Source: Trichosphaerium sp. ATCC 40318
Lineage: Eukaryota > Protista > Tubulinea
Assembly (NCBI GenBank): GCA_038496445.1
Contig: JALMLS010000370.1
Location: 62,001-126,000, forward strand
Direction of reading: 5' to 3'
DNA length: 64,000 nt
In this document: positions 1 to 10,550 of the stretch, piece after piece
Position numbering within the stretch: the stretch's first letter is position 1
Layout: each line of letters starts with the position of its first letter
The notes under the pieces: generated by a model
Told to the model about the DNA's origin: nothing
Databases searched by the model: none
What the model saw: only the letters and a program-made list of their open reading frames with translations
Program-made: the position numbers and the translations under genes

Positions 1-33
1 AAAAAATAAGAAAACAAAACCTAACATGTGGTA

Positions 34-475
34 GTTGACAAAGTCGGCTTGGGCCTGGTTAAACGCACCATCAATGCGTGCGCAGCACTTAAACAAATTT
101 TATAGATCTATGGATTTAGTGTTGGCTCCTAATGTCAAAGCGCGGTCCATTAAGTTATGGGAGGTACATTAAGTTCAACACAGTCAACTCAATATTTTTA
201 TTGACATTTGACTTTTAGAATTTCTGGTTGCGATGGGATTTGCAGTACAAGCCATCCAGTATTTGGAGTGAGTGTGAGGAAGCCTTCACCGAAGAAACAC
301 GGATACAAACAGAACTGGTATGTACCTTTATTAACGAGTCACTTCCTTGCAGATGTGTAATTTGACTCACTCCTTCGTTTCATAGGCACTTGAGGTGCAG
401 CGGTTAACAGAACGCTTACAAAAGCTAAAATCAGAGGCAATGAATCATAGTAACGTTGCATCTCGGTCATTGTAA
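34..475 (+). CDS. 3' end of a myotubularin-related phosphatase (5' part outside window), 3 exons visible
   Basis: Spliced translation LTKSAWAWLNAPSMRAQHLNKFYRSMDLVLAPNVKARSIKLWE|NFWLRWD...coiled coil...SRSL* (TAA 473-475) matches the myotubularin C-terminal pattern TxSxW..N..Y..L.P....LW...xRW plus coiled coil. Confidence 0.7.
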
Positions 476-769
476 ATTAAACATTATTAATATCACGTTA
501 AAACGCATGTCAACCGTCTACAACGACCAATGCCAACCCTCTTGTTGATGTCTTCAATTCTACAAGAACAAATGACGTTGACATCTTCCTTGTATTCCTT
601 CCAAAACCACTTTACAAGTCGTCAACGACTTCTTGGGTCAACCAGGAGCTTACTTCGGTTTCCAGCACATCTTTTTACTAACTTGAACGGTCCAGACTTT
701 GGGTATTTGAGCGCAAAACCTAAACTCGAGAATTTCAAAAAAAAGTCGTTGCGTGGCTTTACACTGGCC

Positions 770-3647
770 ATGAGACCGTTATTACTGGCCATAGTACTCG
801 CTCTATGGATATACGCGTGTTCGGGTCTGGGGTGCAACCCTATAGAAATTAAAACCGCATGCCAGTACGCGAATAAAACAGACCCCTTATCCATATTTGT
901 GCCCTATGCTGATCAACAAACGCTGTTATTAAATTATTCGGGCGTTTCGTGGTCTATCGCTAAAACCCTTTCAGCCAGTAGGCGGTACGTAGTGTTACTT
1001 TGCTTTTTTTAAATCGACAACCACAAATGGCTTCCCTTGCTCCAAAACCAATTTTGGCAAGTCCTCGTATTTACAATCTAACCAGTGACGTAGCTGTGGG
1101 CAGTTAGCAAAAGATTTACTTTGCAAGGTAAAAAAACACATCAAAAAATCCTTTTTTGGACAAAAATTTGAGGCGATCAATAAAAGCTTACATATTTAGC
1201 GTGTATATCGCCCTTGTGAAGGATTTAATACACAAAGAGCATGTAAAAGCACATGTGAGACATTCATTAATGAATGTAGTCGTCTCCTTGCTTATGTACA
1301 AGCACCAAATTGTTCAGAAACTGAAACTTTCTTTGGTACGTTTTTTTTTTGATTGACCCAAGTTTGGTCCTTTATCTCCGTACAAATTTTTTATATTCTC
1401 TATGTAGGTATTACAAACGATGCCTATGATTCAAACCCTGATACGTGCAATCAATTAGAGGTTTCGGTACAGCCTCAAGATTGTATGTCTCCTTTTAAAT
1501 GGGATCCTCAAGCTGGTCCAGATGAACCTCCTTGTGGTCTACCCTGTCCTGTATTAACAAAAGATGATTGTACCACAACTTATTGGGTATGTGAAAATGT
1601 CACATAGTTGGTGATTCCTTTTGCTGACTGCTAGTAGTTGGAGGTTATTTTGGTGCCATTGTCAACTATTTTTGGTCTTTTTGCTGCCATAACGTTGACT
1701 TCTCGTAAAGAGTATGCAGCTACATTTCACCTTCATAATTAAGATACTTACATGGGTATATAGGAGGCGCCAATTTCCGCAAAATATTTACCTTTGTGCT
1801 GTGTGGTACGACCATAATTTGATTGTGCACAAAACCTTTCTCGCTTGTCTCTGTTTCTTAAGCAATTCACAGGGCTGCTATCATTGCCACGCTTCCACAC
1901 TACCCTACTATTGTGATACCACGTGATAAATTAATGTGCAGAAATACTGCACGTCATCGTATAGATTTTCATCCTGAAAACACGTGGTGCATCCTACAAG
2001 GTACCATTGGAACTTCCAAACATGACTTTTTTAACATTTTTTTGTTTTTCAGGATCTGCTATTGTCTATTTCGGATTAGTTGCTGAATACTACTGGGTGA
2101 CATTAGGTATACTGATGTCTATATCTTTGTACAAACTTAGAATCAGATGGTCACCTGCTATCAAGTACGAATTCAGATCATTTTTTTTTGTGCTTAAACT
2201 GCTGCTCTAGATGGTTGTGCTATCTTGGAGCCCCTGTTGTTGCTTTTGCATTTTCTATTGTAACATTTTCAGTGGGTAGTTATGGAGCTAACCCAAGCTG
2301 CTTACCTTTTTGCTTCATTAATGCAATACCGCCAAATAATGAAGCTCTTCTCTATGGATTCGTCCTTCCTCTTGTTATAGGGCTCTTTGCGAATCTTTTT
2401 GCTATTGCTTATATCTCATTTGCATTATGCAATGCTTACAAGAGTGCAAAGAGACTTCAATCGACTTCATGTACGTGTCTCGAAGGAGGAAAATCCATCG
2501 CTCTTCTTTTTTTCTTACTCAAGATTTTTTTAGCAACCAAGAGCCAGAGAGGATATCTACACGCACAGTGGGGTATGTGGGTATATTTAATATGTGTCAT
2601 GGTTGATATTCTTGTGATTGTGTCTGCTTGTATCATTGCCTATTCAAAGAGTTTCGAAGAGCTTGAAGCTCAGGGTATTGTATGGGCTGACTGCAACGCA
2701 CAACTTGGCGATAAATGTGCTCAACGTATGGTCACATATTACTATGCCATAAAACTTAACTTTGTTGCTCTCTAGCTTTCCCTTCAGTGTGGAATAAGGT
2801 CACATTGAACGCCCTTGTATTTGGGGCAGCTATTTTACCACTTCTCGCGTTTATAACGGCTCTAGGTACGTTGATTGTAGTTGTTGACACTTGTATTTTG
2901 TAATCATTCATTTAGGATTCCCTGATTTCATTCCGACAATAAAGCGTAATTGGTATGTATAGTACTTACCACTCTTAGGTATAAATTGTACTCATTTGGA
3001 CTAGGTATTATATTACAGGTCGTAAGGATCAGTGGAAGGAACAGCGAGATTCTCATTCTCATCCGCCTTCGAGTGCGTCTTACAATCTGCCTATTATTAG
3101 GCTACCAACATTACAACTAACCCATTTTGTTTAAAGGCAGAAACGTACCTTTAGAACAACGTATGTCACAAAAATACGAAACTACAGCGAGGTACTTTGC
3201 TCTAAAGGATTGCACCTTGTTCCTTATATATTACTCAATAGGGCAGCGTTAGATATGTGCAATATTGATGGTAGCCAGCCAATGGCAAAAGGAGACTACA
3301 CACTGGTTGACACAATGTCACCAGGCTCTTCTAAGGCTCTAGGAAATTCAGCAGTTACAATGGTATCACTACAAGGCGACTACACGCCGCCTATTACACC
3401 GCGGACAGAAGGCACAGCACCTACATTGGGCTATGATGTGGCAACAGCTTACAGCAGTCCACTCACACCACGATCAGCAGTGACATGTGCGACATCATCT
3501 GTTGGTGATATTGTGTTTTCTCCTTCTCGCCTTGATAATCTCAACCGAGACAATGAAGCTGTAACTGACAGCAGTAACAAATCAGTACAAGAAGCGCCAT
3601 ATAGCACCGACACATCAAGCAGACGCAACAAACTTCGTAATGTTTGA
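770..3647 (+). CDS. Frizzled/Smoothened-like 7TM receptor with N-terminal cysteine-rich domain (multi-exon)
   Basis: Signal peptide MRPLLLAIVLALWIYACSG; CRD cysteines CNPIEIKTAC / CGQLAKDLLCK / CKSTCETFINEC / PNC / CGLPCP; TM segments including WCILQG..FGLVAEYYWV; PTIKRNW after last TM; Ser/Thr-rich tail ending RNV*. Confidence 0.75.
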
Positions 3648-3756
3648 TTTCACTACACCTTTTTTTTTTTCTCTCGTTTATTTGCTATTGTACATTGTTT
3701 TTGCTGCAAAAGGAAAAAAAATAAATTGCTTCTTCCCTTTCTATTTCTTCGTTCCT

Positions 3757-4662
3757 TTAGCGTTGTCTATAGTAAGCAAGTACTGAACGGATCCGCTTGA
3801 AGGCAACATTTAGGTCAGGATGGTCCTATATACAATTGTTAGTGCCTAGTTGTTATCGTTGTTGGTAGTGACGGCTGTATGACGCACAACTTGAGCAGTA
3901 AGCAGTATATCTCCTCTTGAAAAAATCTGAATAATGACGTTTGGTTCCTCCATCCTGTAAATGAGTGCAGGGAAGAGTTCAGGTTCATACTAAAAAGTAA
4001 TTGATTGGTACATTTTTTTTTGACAAGTCGACATTCTATGGCATAAAAATGAGACGTACGCTTGCCGATCTGGTATGCGCAAAGGCTAGCTTCTCTAGAT
4101 GAATTGAATAATCAACCTTGCATTTTGCCACTACTTTACATATTTGAAAGTGTCTAGAAATGCGTTGTGAGGCGTATAGTTGTCGTGTAAATGGCTGGCA
4201 TTTCATTCAAGAAAAAATAACGCACTCGAATGCTATTTTGGCGCCGGTGCGTTGTATAAGCGCAGCAAATGTCTTGGCTTTTGTTCGTGAAGCTGCAACG
4301 GACGTAGCGCCATAACATATCTGAATATTTTTAAAACTCGATATTTTAGGCGCCATGGCGTTTTTTAGAGGTGTACCATTTTCCCATCCGGAAATACGAG
4401 CGCTTCTGTAGTATCATCTGGCAAGTAGAGTAATACGCCTTCAAATTGCTATGACACGCGTTCATTTGGTGTAATTTACGCAATGACGCACGGCTGGGTT
4501 ATATTCACAATTATCTTTCAGTTCATTTGATATTTTCACAAAATCGAGGTCCCCAGAGCCCAGAGATACTGTATACATTAGAATGGGTGGTTACTGTTAC
4601 CTAGCCTTACCAGTAGAAATAACGTTCACAATTTTAACGCCGTTATTACTAGAGCGCTCCAT
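3757..4662 (-). CDS. Divergent TATA-binding-protein-like factor (about 180 aa, multi-exon)
   Basis: Spliced: MERSSNNGVKIVNVIST...CEYNPAQFEGVLLYLPDDTTEALVFPDGKMICYGA...FQICKVVAKCKVDYSIHLEKLA...YEPELFPALIYRMEEPNVIIQIFSRGDILLTAQ...AFKRIRSVLAYYRQR*; both TBP repeats recognisable. Confidence 0.85.
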
Positions 4663-4766
4663 GCTTACACCACCATTAGCAACTGTTGATCAAATTGTAT
4701 TTGACCGAGTTTGACAGCGCTTGGCTGAAAACGAGTTTAAAATAATACATTTTACGCGCCGTTTTA

Positions 4767-5543
4767 ATGGAGCGTTCAAAGAGGTCTCTTGAGCACCAAC
4801 AGCAATTATGTAGGCGCGTGTTTTTGTTTCCTACTTTTACTGACAGTCTTTGTAGCCTCCTATCGCTACCTCTAGAGCTGCAACACATTATTTTTAACTT
4901 ACACAGTGCTTCTTACATCTCTTGGCCATGTCTCAACCGAAAAAGCGCATTTACGTCTCGTTTTGACAATAAATACAATAAACACGGCGAATGGAGGAGA
5001 TACAACGCTGCCAGAACAATAATAATACGTTGTCAGTTTTCCGGTGGCAAGAAGCATGGTGCTTACTGTACTTGGCATTCTACAACGCTACACAAGAGTA
5101 TGGAGTGCAAATACGTTGATGACATAAAACAAGGACAATACCAGTCATGGCACGAGGATGGCGCTGCCTTGAAATCTTGTAGTTTCTTGGATGGCAAACA
5201 ACATGGCGTGGTGACGTCGTGGCATCAAAATGGTCACGTGTGGAAACGTGGTAGATACAATTATGGTAAGCGTAGTGGTGTCCACGTGATATTTTATAAT
5301 ACAGGACAACTATGGACGAGTTGTGAATATGTGCAAGATAAAAAACATGGTAACTATCTTCAATGGCTACTTAACGGAGATTTAAGGATATGTTGCAAGT
5401 ACAGTAACAATCTGAGGCATGGTCCGTATGTTATGCTAAATAGATCTATTGTTATAAAGAAATGTGTTTACAAATCTGGTGTTGAACAACCACTTGTCAA
5501 GAAGAACAACAAACAGACTTTGGTTGACAAAGAAATATATTAG
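4767..5543 (+). CDS. Intronless MORN-variant (YwqK-like) repeat protein with F-box-like N-terminal motif
   Basis: Open 258-aa ORF; LLSLPLELQHIIF F-box-like motif; about 7 repeats of about 24 aa (KHGEWRRY, KHGAYCTWH, KQGQYQSWH, QHGVVTSWHQNG, RSGVHVIFYNTG, KHGNYLQWLLNG, RHGPY). Confidence 0.75.
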   Translation: MERSKRSLEHQQQLCRRVFLFPTFTDSLCSLLSLPLELQHIIFNLHSASYISWPCLNRKSAFTSRFDNKYNKHGEWRRYNAARTIIIRCQFSGGKKHGAYCTWHSTTLHKSMECKYVDDIKQGQYQSWHEDGAALKSCSFLDGKQHGVVTSWHQNGHVWKRGRYNYGKRSGVHVIFYNTGQLWTSCEYVQDKKHGNYLQWLLNGDLRICCKYSNNLRHGPYVMLNRSIVIKKCVYKSGVEQPLVKKNNKQTLVDKEIY

Positions 5544-5770
5544 TATTCTTGAGAAAAAATAATCTGGATTGTGTTTATTGAAGAAACGGGGAACAACAGA
5601 ACATTCGTTCGTTCTCCAATGTACATACACAATACAAGATAAAGGTCTGCTTTTTTTCTGCTTCGTGAACAATAAAAGAACCAAGGTACACCCACATGTA
5701 GGTTAGTTGTTCTTTTTTTTTTTTGAATACAAAAATTAAAAAAGAGACCGGGGTTTGTCCTTTGTACTAA

Positions 5771-8700
5771 CTAGTACAGAGCGTAAAAGCGCATATTTTC
5801 TCTGTGTTTCTTGCCATTGTAGTGGTCCAAGAGATGCTTATAGCTTGGGCAACTAATGTCGCACAGCTCACAGTAAAACTCAGTTTTACCTCCAAAACGA
5901 CTCGAGCTCTAAAGGGTAATTAAAAAAAAAAGCTTAGCACGTGCGTGAAAAAAAAAAAAAGCAAAAAATATCGTACCGGTGGTGTCTCTTTAGGATGCCA
6001 TTGAAGATTGACTTCTAAGTCTGGCGAGTATTTCTTGTGGTACTGTGATAACAAATATGAGCCTTGTGGAAGAAAAACAACTTTAGATTTCGCCTGCGTA
6101 CCTCGTATGCTCTATTAGCTGATTCTGCATCTGCCATATTAATAAACCCACAATTAGCCTGTGGAAGATAACGAACGCTCTAAGTTTAAAAAAATAAGCC
6201 ACTATTGGTACTGAAAAAAGGATTGATTACCTCTACTTCACCAAACGACTTTGCTAAACCTTTCAAAAAGCCAGAGCCGTCGTTGTGGACAATATACTTG
6301 GGTAATCTACCGACCCACAGAGTTCGTTTTCCTGTACACAAGGCGATAAGAACAAGTGACACGTCAATCTAAAAAAAAGTGATTTACCTCTTGATGATTC
6401 TCGTGATCTCGATCTAGATCTTGACCTGTCACGTGGTGACCTGCTTCGGTCGCTAGATCGGGGCGACCTGATATTCCCCGCAGAAAAATTAGATGTTAAA
6501 TTGGGAAATTTAAGCTGTAGGATTTTCCCTGCTAGTATTGCGTCCGACACGGAACCAAAGTGACTAAAAAAAAGCCAAAATGTTAGTATTTCTTGTTTTG
6601 AAATAGTTGCTATTACAACGTACATAAAGTACTTTGTTTTATCTCCCCAATACTGGACGCATTTAGTAGGATTTATAGGAACGATAGATTTCTTAATTGC
6701 GGCCATTTCATCGTCATCTTTGACTTTGCAAAGTAGTAGACAATCTATGAAAAAAAGTCAATTTATTAAAAAACAAAGAATATCAAAAAAAATTTACGTG
6801 CCTGTAGCTTGTTTAGAAACTTCCAGGTCAGGATTCTTTTCCTTGACAGGAGAGGCAGGTTTTTCTTTTCTAGTCTCAGATGATCGCTTCCTGCGAGATA
6901 AATGTTAGTAATGAAATAGGGCACGTGCTTTCTTTTTTTTTTCTTACTTTTCAGATTCGCGATCTTCTTTTCTTCCTCTGCGCTCTTCTCTCCTATCATC
7001 CCTTTTATCTTCTCTCCTATCGTCTCTTTTATCCTCTCTTTTAATATCTCTTCTATCATCTCTAATCCTGTCTGATCTCTTATCATCCCGTTTATCGAGC
7101 CTTCGATCATCTCTTTTATCTTCTCTTCTGTCATCCCTTTTATCTTCTCTTCTATCATCCCTTTTGACTTCTTTTCTCTCAGGTTTTCTTTCTTCACGTG
7201 GCTTCACATCCTCCATTTTAACATGTTTCTTTTCGGTTATTCTTCTATCGATCTTAGGAGAAGAAGACTTTAACCTTCTTTCCTTCTTTTCAGAGTCACG
7301 TTCTACTCTATCGTCCTTAGACCTCGTGGATATATCAGGTTTTTTGTCTTCTTTTCTTTCACTTTTTAATTCGCTCCTTTTCTCGGCTTTAACCTCAACC
7401 CTTCTACTTGAAGAACTTTTCTCAGCATCTTCGAGTCTTCTTCGAGAAGTACGTGATGAAGACCTTGACTCCCTTTCTCTGGAGCGCTCTGAACGTGAAT
7501 CTCTGAGCCTTGACGAGGAAGATAACCTCTTCTCGAAGTCTACAAAGTCTTTGCCTTCGTTCTTGAATAGCTCCATCAAATGCACAATTAGCGCAATTTT
7601 TTCATTATTCAATCGTGTAAGGAATATATGATTATTCACGTCCACTTCGCTTGGTTGTAACACCTTTTCTGACGGAGGTGTCATTTTAGAAGGATAAGGG
7701 CCTGCTATTGGCTTTGGTTCTATGTCCATTGAATCCTGTACAGAAGTATGTAAGACAAAGGGGAAATCAATATAAAACTGGCTTTATAAAAAAAATCGTA
7801 CACCTGATTTTTCTGTGGTTGGAGGCTTTTCAGGTACTTGTTCATTGGTCTTCTTATCTTCTTCCTTTTTCATATTTTCAAATATGCTTGTAAGGAAGTT
7901 ATCAATTCCGTCAGGTTCAGTTTTGTTCGCTTCCTTGTTACTATCCTCTAATAGAAAATGAGCACGTGTTTGACAACAAACCCTCAAAAAAATCACGTGC
8001 CTTGTTTATCTTCCTTGGTAGGACCTACTGGAGGCGATGGTCCCCTAACGTTGGTTTAGCGAACGTTTAAAACGAAGAGAGATGGTAAAGTACATTATAG
8101 GTTTGTCATCGTTTGATTTTGGTTTATCCTCTACTTTGGTGTTAACCACCTTACTTTGGTCATTCATAACGCTAGACTTCGTTTAGCAATGTGAAACATA
8201 ATTTTACGATCGTAAAAAGTTGTAACGCACTTTGCAAACGCCATGCGTTTTCCTTCGAGCTCAGTGACTATTTTCTTCATCTTTACATAGAAGCCCTTTA
8301 TATAGGCCGACATATTATCGATTTTATGTTGGCGCTTGCGCAACCGCCTTTTTTGATCGTGGACATCCTTACTTCTGTCCTCACAATCATGCTTTAACTC
8401 GGTATAACGATCAAGTTGATCTTCCAATTGGCTACGTAATTGTTGGTTTCGAGCGAAACAATCGTCTAATTGACGGCGGAGATCTGCTCGTTCAGAAAGG
8501 AGCCTATCCTCTTCGCATCGATATCTACAGCGTGTGTAAGAACAAAATTAAAAAAACGCAGAACCTTAATTTTTCTAAATCACGTGCCTTTCGATACGTT
8601 CATCCCTCTCGAATATATCTGCTTCCAGATCCCGTGTGCGTCTTGTCTCAGTGTCTAGACTGAGGCGCAAACGCTAAATACCATTAGCATTAACAAATAA

Positions 8701-8995
8701 GCGAGTCTAGCGGCGTTTCTTGAACATACCTCGTTCTTGTGTTGTAATTTCGTTTTTTCTTCCATCAAAGCCACTTCCAACTCACTGAGTGTGCTATTTA
8801 CGATAAGAGAATGCTTAAACAAAGACATGTGCTGTCAAGCGCCAAATTAAAATGAAAACAGCAGAGAAAAAGATAAATGTCTCTAACGTACGCCCCATGA
8901 GCCCTAAGGACTGCTGATGCGACCTTTTTAGGTGGGTCGCCTCTACCTTCATCGCTTGCGTCTCGTTTACGTTTATTACTGTACTTCTCGCTCAT
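5771..8995 (-). CDS. Large RNA-binding protein: coiled coil, R/D/E/K-rich repeats, RS segment, RRM(s), C-terminal matrin/U1C-type zinc finger
   Basis: Exons join in frame from MSEKYSNKRKR; DDRREDKR repeats; RSRSRSR; RNP2-like RTLWVGRLP and RNP1-like NCGFINM; FYCELCDISCPSYKHLLDHYNGKKH; stop TAG 5771-5773. Confidence 0.7.
6985..7165 (-). repeat. Coding 24-bp tandem repeat (DDRREDKR, about 7 degenerate copies)
   Basis: Repeated ctctcctatcatcccttttatctt-like units on + strand; seen in ORF 6944..7729. Confidence 0.85.
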
Positions 8996-9166
8996 AACGA
9001 ACAGAAAAGTTTTATAAACAGCTGCGGTTGGTTGGTGGCACTGTGATTTATGGTGCTGTCATATTGTGATACGATAACTTGTGGACAATTACAATGATAT
9101 TCAGTCCACATTACAAAAAACCCGTAAAGTACAGGTGAGCTGCAAAAAAAACAGCGGCGGGCCGTT

Positions 9167-10419
9167 TTAAGACTTGTACGTCTTGTGCCATTCAACGACA
9201 GAATTATATCCTAAATCACCTCCAAATATATCTAGGGCACTCCCAACTGTAACGTGGACGCGGTTTTTACCCAGCTACAAGGCTAGTAAGAAAGCGATTT
9301 ATAGGTCATAGCCTTCGTTGGGCACACGTACACTTCGTACTCGTTCCAGATCTGCAATGGATCTCACACCACCTGCGTACGTTACTGGAATAGTTGACAT
9401 CTCTCCTAGCTAAAATAGCGGTTAGCTTCGCGTGCAACCGTTACAAATTTTGGGTCACGTGCCATTGAAACAAGTTCTTCAATAATCCCAGTACGTGTTC
9501 CTTCCACATCTACTCCATGAACCAGAAATTCGTTGCAATAATTTGATAGTTTCTGGTTACGTAAGTAACCGTTTAACAAAAAAAGGAGTTGAGTACCTCT
9601 AAGTTCTGTTTGGTGATTGCAAAATCTGTGTATTTTTGCCAGCGATCAGTTACAACGTAATAATCTCCTTCAGGCGTCTTTTTTCTACATGACAGGTCGA
9701 GAACCAGTCTATACTTTAGCAGTCAGATATCTTTGAAGCCAATACAACAATACGCGTACTTTGATGCGCCTACGACCGAAACAAGTGCCTTGGCGCAGAA
9801 GAACATTAGAGAAAAAAAACCATCAGCGTGTTTTGTTTAAATTACCTCCAGCTTGTCCCAAGCAATTTTCCCGTCTTTGAATACATATGAAGTGACAATA
9901 ACGTGACTCGCTCCAGCATCTGATGTTTGGTTATTAAGGACATTTCTGGCTTGTTAGAAATTTTGACATCATACCCAAGTATTTTTTAGCGTTATTGGGG
10001 TTAATGCCACCTCCAACCTAAGCGAACAATGAAATGGCACTTGGATGTCACTTTACTAACCTGAAAACCTCCAGGATAAGTGCGAAGCGCTAAAGTAAAG
10101 CGTCAGGGCGTGCGGTACGCAGTTTTGTGTACCAAGCATAACAGCGTCTTCATTTCCAGGCCCAAGCATAATTACATGGCCACCAGTCAGTTTATCTTTC
10201 TATTTCTGGTTAATAGAGCGCTAAAACAGCAGTCACGCACTTGGTACAGGGATGCAAAGTATTTGGAGTCTTTATCTGACTCAAAGTTTGTCTCAGGTTT
10301 CTCAGTATCATTTAAAGTGCTGCCAACGATTTGTTTCACCTTTCCATCGTGTAAATCTTCATTCAGCGTAAGAATAGTGTACACGGTATAACTTACATGC
10401 CTATACACGGCCTAAACAT
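9167..10419 (-). CDS. HIS6: ProFAR isomerase, eukaryotic-type HisA (histidine biosynthesis)
   Basis: [91 protein letters not shown]. Confidence 0.93.
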
Positions 10420-10550
10420 TACAATAACAAATGTCAGAGCAAATAGTTCTCAATTGAAAAAGAGTTACTTAACTTCAATTTACTGACGCCTTAACAAGCC
10501 AACAAACGCTTCATTACTAAAATCGCGTAGCGACAAACGACTACATATTC

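Noticed and set aside
530-769. N-terminal 80 codons of ORF 530..1012
   Set aside because: A clean signal peptide begins at ATG 770; the upstream in-frame stretch lies in intergenic/UTR sequence and looks incidental
4651-4778. Divergent TBP-like and MORN genes both begin MERS (ATGGAGCG inverted pair)
   Set aside because: Match is only about 8-11 bp with no extended inverted repeat; likely coincidence
7164-7631. Long antisense ORFs (7164..7631, 25838..26485, 42728..43231 and others)
   Set aside because: They are shadows of low-complexity or biased coding sequence on the opposite strand, with no motifs of their own
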